DNA of 28,548 nucleotides from a virus (Duplodnaviria; Heunggongvirae; Uroviricota; Caudoviricetes): IMG/VR virus record IMGVR_UViG_2537562092_000003; one strand, 5' to 3'. Shown piece by piece: positions 26,621 to 28,548 of this stretch (position 1 is its first letter; each line of letters starts with the position of its first letter). The notes under the pieces were generated by a model. It saw only the letters and a program-made list of their open reading frames with translations, ran no database searches and was not told where the DNA came from. The position numbers and the translations under genes were made by a program.

Positions 26621-26815
26621 ATGAGATATGACAATGTTAAACCATGTCCATTTTGTGGTTGTCCATCAGTAACGGTGAAAGCCATTTCAGGATATTACCG
26701 AGCGAAGTGTAACGGATGCGAATCCCGAACCGGTTATGGTGGAAGTGAAAAAGAAGCACTCGAAAGATGGAATAAACGAACCACTGGAAATAATAATGGA
26801 GGTGTTCATGTATAA
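26621..26815 (+). CDS. ralR: Restriction alleviation protein RalR (Lar)
   Basis: 64 aa MRYDNVKPCPFCGCPSVTVK... with four Cys; matches K-12 RalR as recalled. Confidence 0.85.
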   Translation: MRYDNVKPCPFCGCPSVTVKAISGYYRAKCNGCESRTGYGGSEKEALERWNKRTTGNNNGGVHV

Positions 26816-27017
26816 AATTACCGCCACTATTGAAAAGGAAGGTGGCACTCCTACTAACTGGACAAGATATTCAAAATCTAAACTAACGAAATCAGAATGC
26901 GAAAAAATGCTCTCAGGTAAAAAAGAAGCAGGCGTTTCCAGAGAGCAGAAAGTAAAACTGATAAATTTTAATTGCGAGAAACTTCAGTCCTCGAGAATTG
27001 CATTGTATTCAAATTAA
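26808..27017 (+). CDS. ydaC: YdaC-like protein
   Basis: 69 aa MYKITATIEKEGG...; SD GGAGG; start overlaps the ralR 3' end. Confidence 0.7.
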   Translation: MYKITATIEKEGGTPTNWTRYSKSKLTKSECEKMLSGKKEAGVSREQKVKLINFNCEKLQSSRIALYSN

Positions 27018-27095
27018 AACTTCATAGCTGATTATTAATAATCAACATCGGGCGTCAATTTCAGTCTAACATTGGCGCCTGCCAGAGGTGATGCG

Positions 27096-27311
27096 ATGGC
27101 ACAAGTAATCTTTAATGAAGAGTGGATGGTTGAATACGGCCTGATGCTTCGCACTGGTCTGGGGGCCAGACAAATTGAAGCATACCGCCAGAACTGTTGG
27201 GTGGAGGGCTTCCACTTCAAACGAGTATCTCCTTTAGGTAAGCCAGACAGCAAACGAGGGATTATCTGGTACAACTATCCAAAGATAAATCAGTTTATCA
27301 AAGACTCATGA
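27096..27311 (+). CDS. xisR: Excisionase-like protein
   Basis: 71 aa [21 protein letters not shown]...; immediately upstream of int. Confidence 0.8.
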   Translation: MAQVIFNEEWMVEYGLMLRTGLGARQIEAYRQNCWVEGFHFKRVSPLGKPDSKRGIIWYNYPKINQFIKDS

Positions 27312-27312
27312 T

Positions 27313-28548
27313 ATGTCTAAATTACCAACAGGTGTCGAGATTAGAGGTAGATACATTCGCATCTGGTTCATGTTTCGAGGAAAACGATGTCGGGAAACAT
27401 TAAAAGGCTGGGAGATTACAAACAGTAATATTAAAAAGGCCGGAAATTTAATATCGCTGATAGTTCATGAAATAAACTCCGGTGAATTTGAGTATTTAAG
27501 ACGTTTTCCCCAGTCCAGCACTGGGGCAAAAATGGTGACAACGAGAGTCATAAAAACGTTCGGAGAGCTTTGTGATATCTGGACAAAAATTAAAGAGACA
27601 GAGTTAACAACAAACACAATGAAGAAAACGAAATCACAATTAAAAACACTCAGAATAATAATTTGTGAAAGTACCCCGATATCACATATTCGTTATAGCG
27701 ATATCTTAAACTACCGGAATGAACTGCTGCATGGAGAAACGCTTTACCTGGATAATCCAAGATCCAACAAAAAAGGAAGAACCGTGCGCACAGTTGATAA
27801 CTATATCGCCCTGCTCTGTTCGCTGTTGCGTTTTGCGTATCAGTCGGGATTTATATCAACTAAACCATTTGAAGGAGTAAAAAAATTACAGCGAAACAGA
27901 ATAAAGCCTGATCCGTTATCTAAAACAGAATTCAATGCATTAATGGAAAGTGAAAAAGGACAGAGCCAGAACTTGTGGAAATTTGCCGTTTACTCAGGAC
28001 TTCGTCACGGGGAACTGGCAGCTCTGGCGTGGGAGGATGTGGATCTCGAAAAGGGAATAGTGAATGTCAGAAGAAACCTGACGATACTTGATATGTTCGG
28101 TCCCCCAAAAACAAATGCCGGGATCCGAACAGTAACACTACTGCAGCCTGCTCTTGAAGCACTGAAGGAGCAATACAAACTGACCGGGCATCATCGCAAA
28201 AGCGAAATCACCTTTTATCATCGGGAGTACGGCAGAACCGAAAAGCAAAAACTGCATTTTGTTTTCATGCCCAGGGTGTGTAACGGAAAACAAAAACCTT
28301 ATTACTCGGTAAGCAGTTTGGGGGCAAGGTGGAATGCAGCAGTAAAACGTGCTGGTATTCGCCGCCGTAATCCGTACCATACGCGGCATACTTTTGCCTG
28401 CTGGCTGTTGACGGCAGGAGCGAACCCGGCATTTATAGCCAGCCAAATGGGGCATGAAACTGCGCAGATGGTGTATGAAATTTACGGTATGTGGATTGAT
28501 GACATGAACGACGAACAGATAGCCATGTTGAATGCGCGGTTATCGTAG
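27313..28548 (+). CDS. intR: Tyrosine integrase (Rac IntR-like)
   Basis: 411 aa with the C-terminal catalytic region ...RHTFACWLLTAGANPAFIASQMGHETAQMVYEIYG...; stop is the last codon of the window. Confidence 0.9.
   Translation: MSKLPTGVEIRGRYIRIWFMFRGKRCRETLKGWEITNSNIKKAGNLISLIVHEINSGEFEYLRRFPQSSTGAKMVTTRVIKTFGELCDIWTKIKETELTTNTMKKTKSQLKTLRIIICESTPISHIRYSDILNYRNELLHGETLYLDNPRSNKKGRTVRTVDNYIALLCSLLRFAYQSGFISTKPFEGVKKLQRNRIKPDPLSKTEFNALMESEKGQSQNLWKFAVYSGLRHGELAALAWEDVDLEKGIVNVRRNLTILDMFGPPKTNAGIRTVTLLQPALEALKEQYKLTGHHRKSEITFYHREYGRTEKQKLHFVFMPRVCNGKQKPYYSVSSLGARWNAAVKRAGIRRRNPYHTRHTFACWLLTAGANPAFIASQMGHETAQMVYEIYGMWIDDMNDEQIAMLNARLS

Noticed and set aside
27035-27274. 79-aa minus-strand ORF antisense to the excisionase-like gene
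   Set aside because: Antisense to a recognised gene.
28138-28455. 105-aa minus-strand ORF antisense to the integrase gene
   Set aside because: Antisense to the integrase catalytic-domain coding region.

Overview
Almost the whole window is one Rac-like lambdoid prophage, defective and mosaic, with the integrase at the right edge. All calls were made by reading the sequence and ORF track and by recall of protein families; no database search or statistic was computed. Gene order on the coordinate axis: the 3' end of a SitD-like metal ABC permease (1-498); a tail-fibre locus on the minus strand (fibre protein with C-terminal intramolecular-chaperone domain, Stf-like side tail fibre, Lom, and a C-terminal fragment of host-specificity protein J); a truncated GT-A-like ORF plus a ParB-like nuclease-domain gene; cargo K+ transporter TrkG; a P21-type lysis cassette (pinholin, SAR endolysin, Rz/Rz1); two tRNA genes (Gly-UCC, Thr-UGU); Q-like antiterminator, DUF1364 and DUF1367 genes; an apparently AT-rich cargo island (13.66-16.8 kb) carrying a YeaR-like DUF1971 gene, a QueH-like epoxyqueuosine reductase and orphan small ORFs; replication genes (YdaU-like initiator containing GTAACGC palindromes, DnaC-like loader); the immunity region (YdaT, Cro-like, CI-like repressor); and the Rac early-left genes sieB, kilR, ydaE, racC, recE, recT, ralR, ydaC, xisR, intR. 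Terminase, portal, head and tail-shaft genes are absent, and a frame break near 6587 marks the likely deletion scar. I found no single compelling undescribed system; the best candidates are the nin-position cargo island (QueH, YeaR-like, small hydrophobic peptide ORF), the ParB-like/GT-A-like pair, and the palindrome array in the replication gene.
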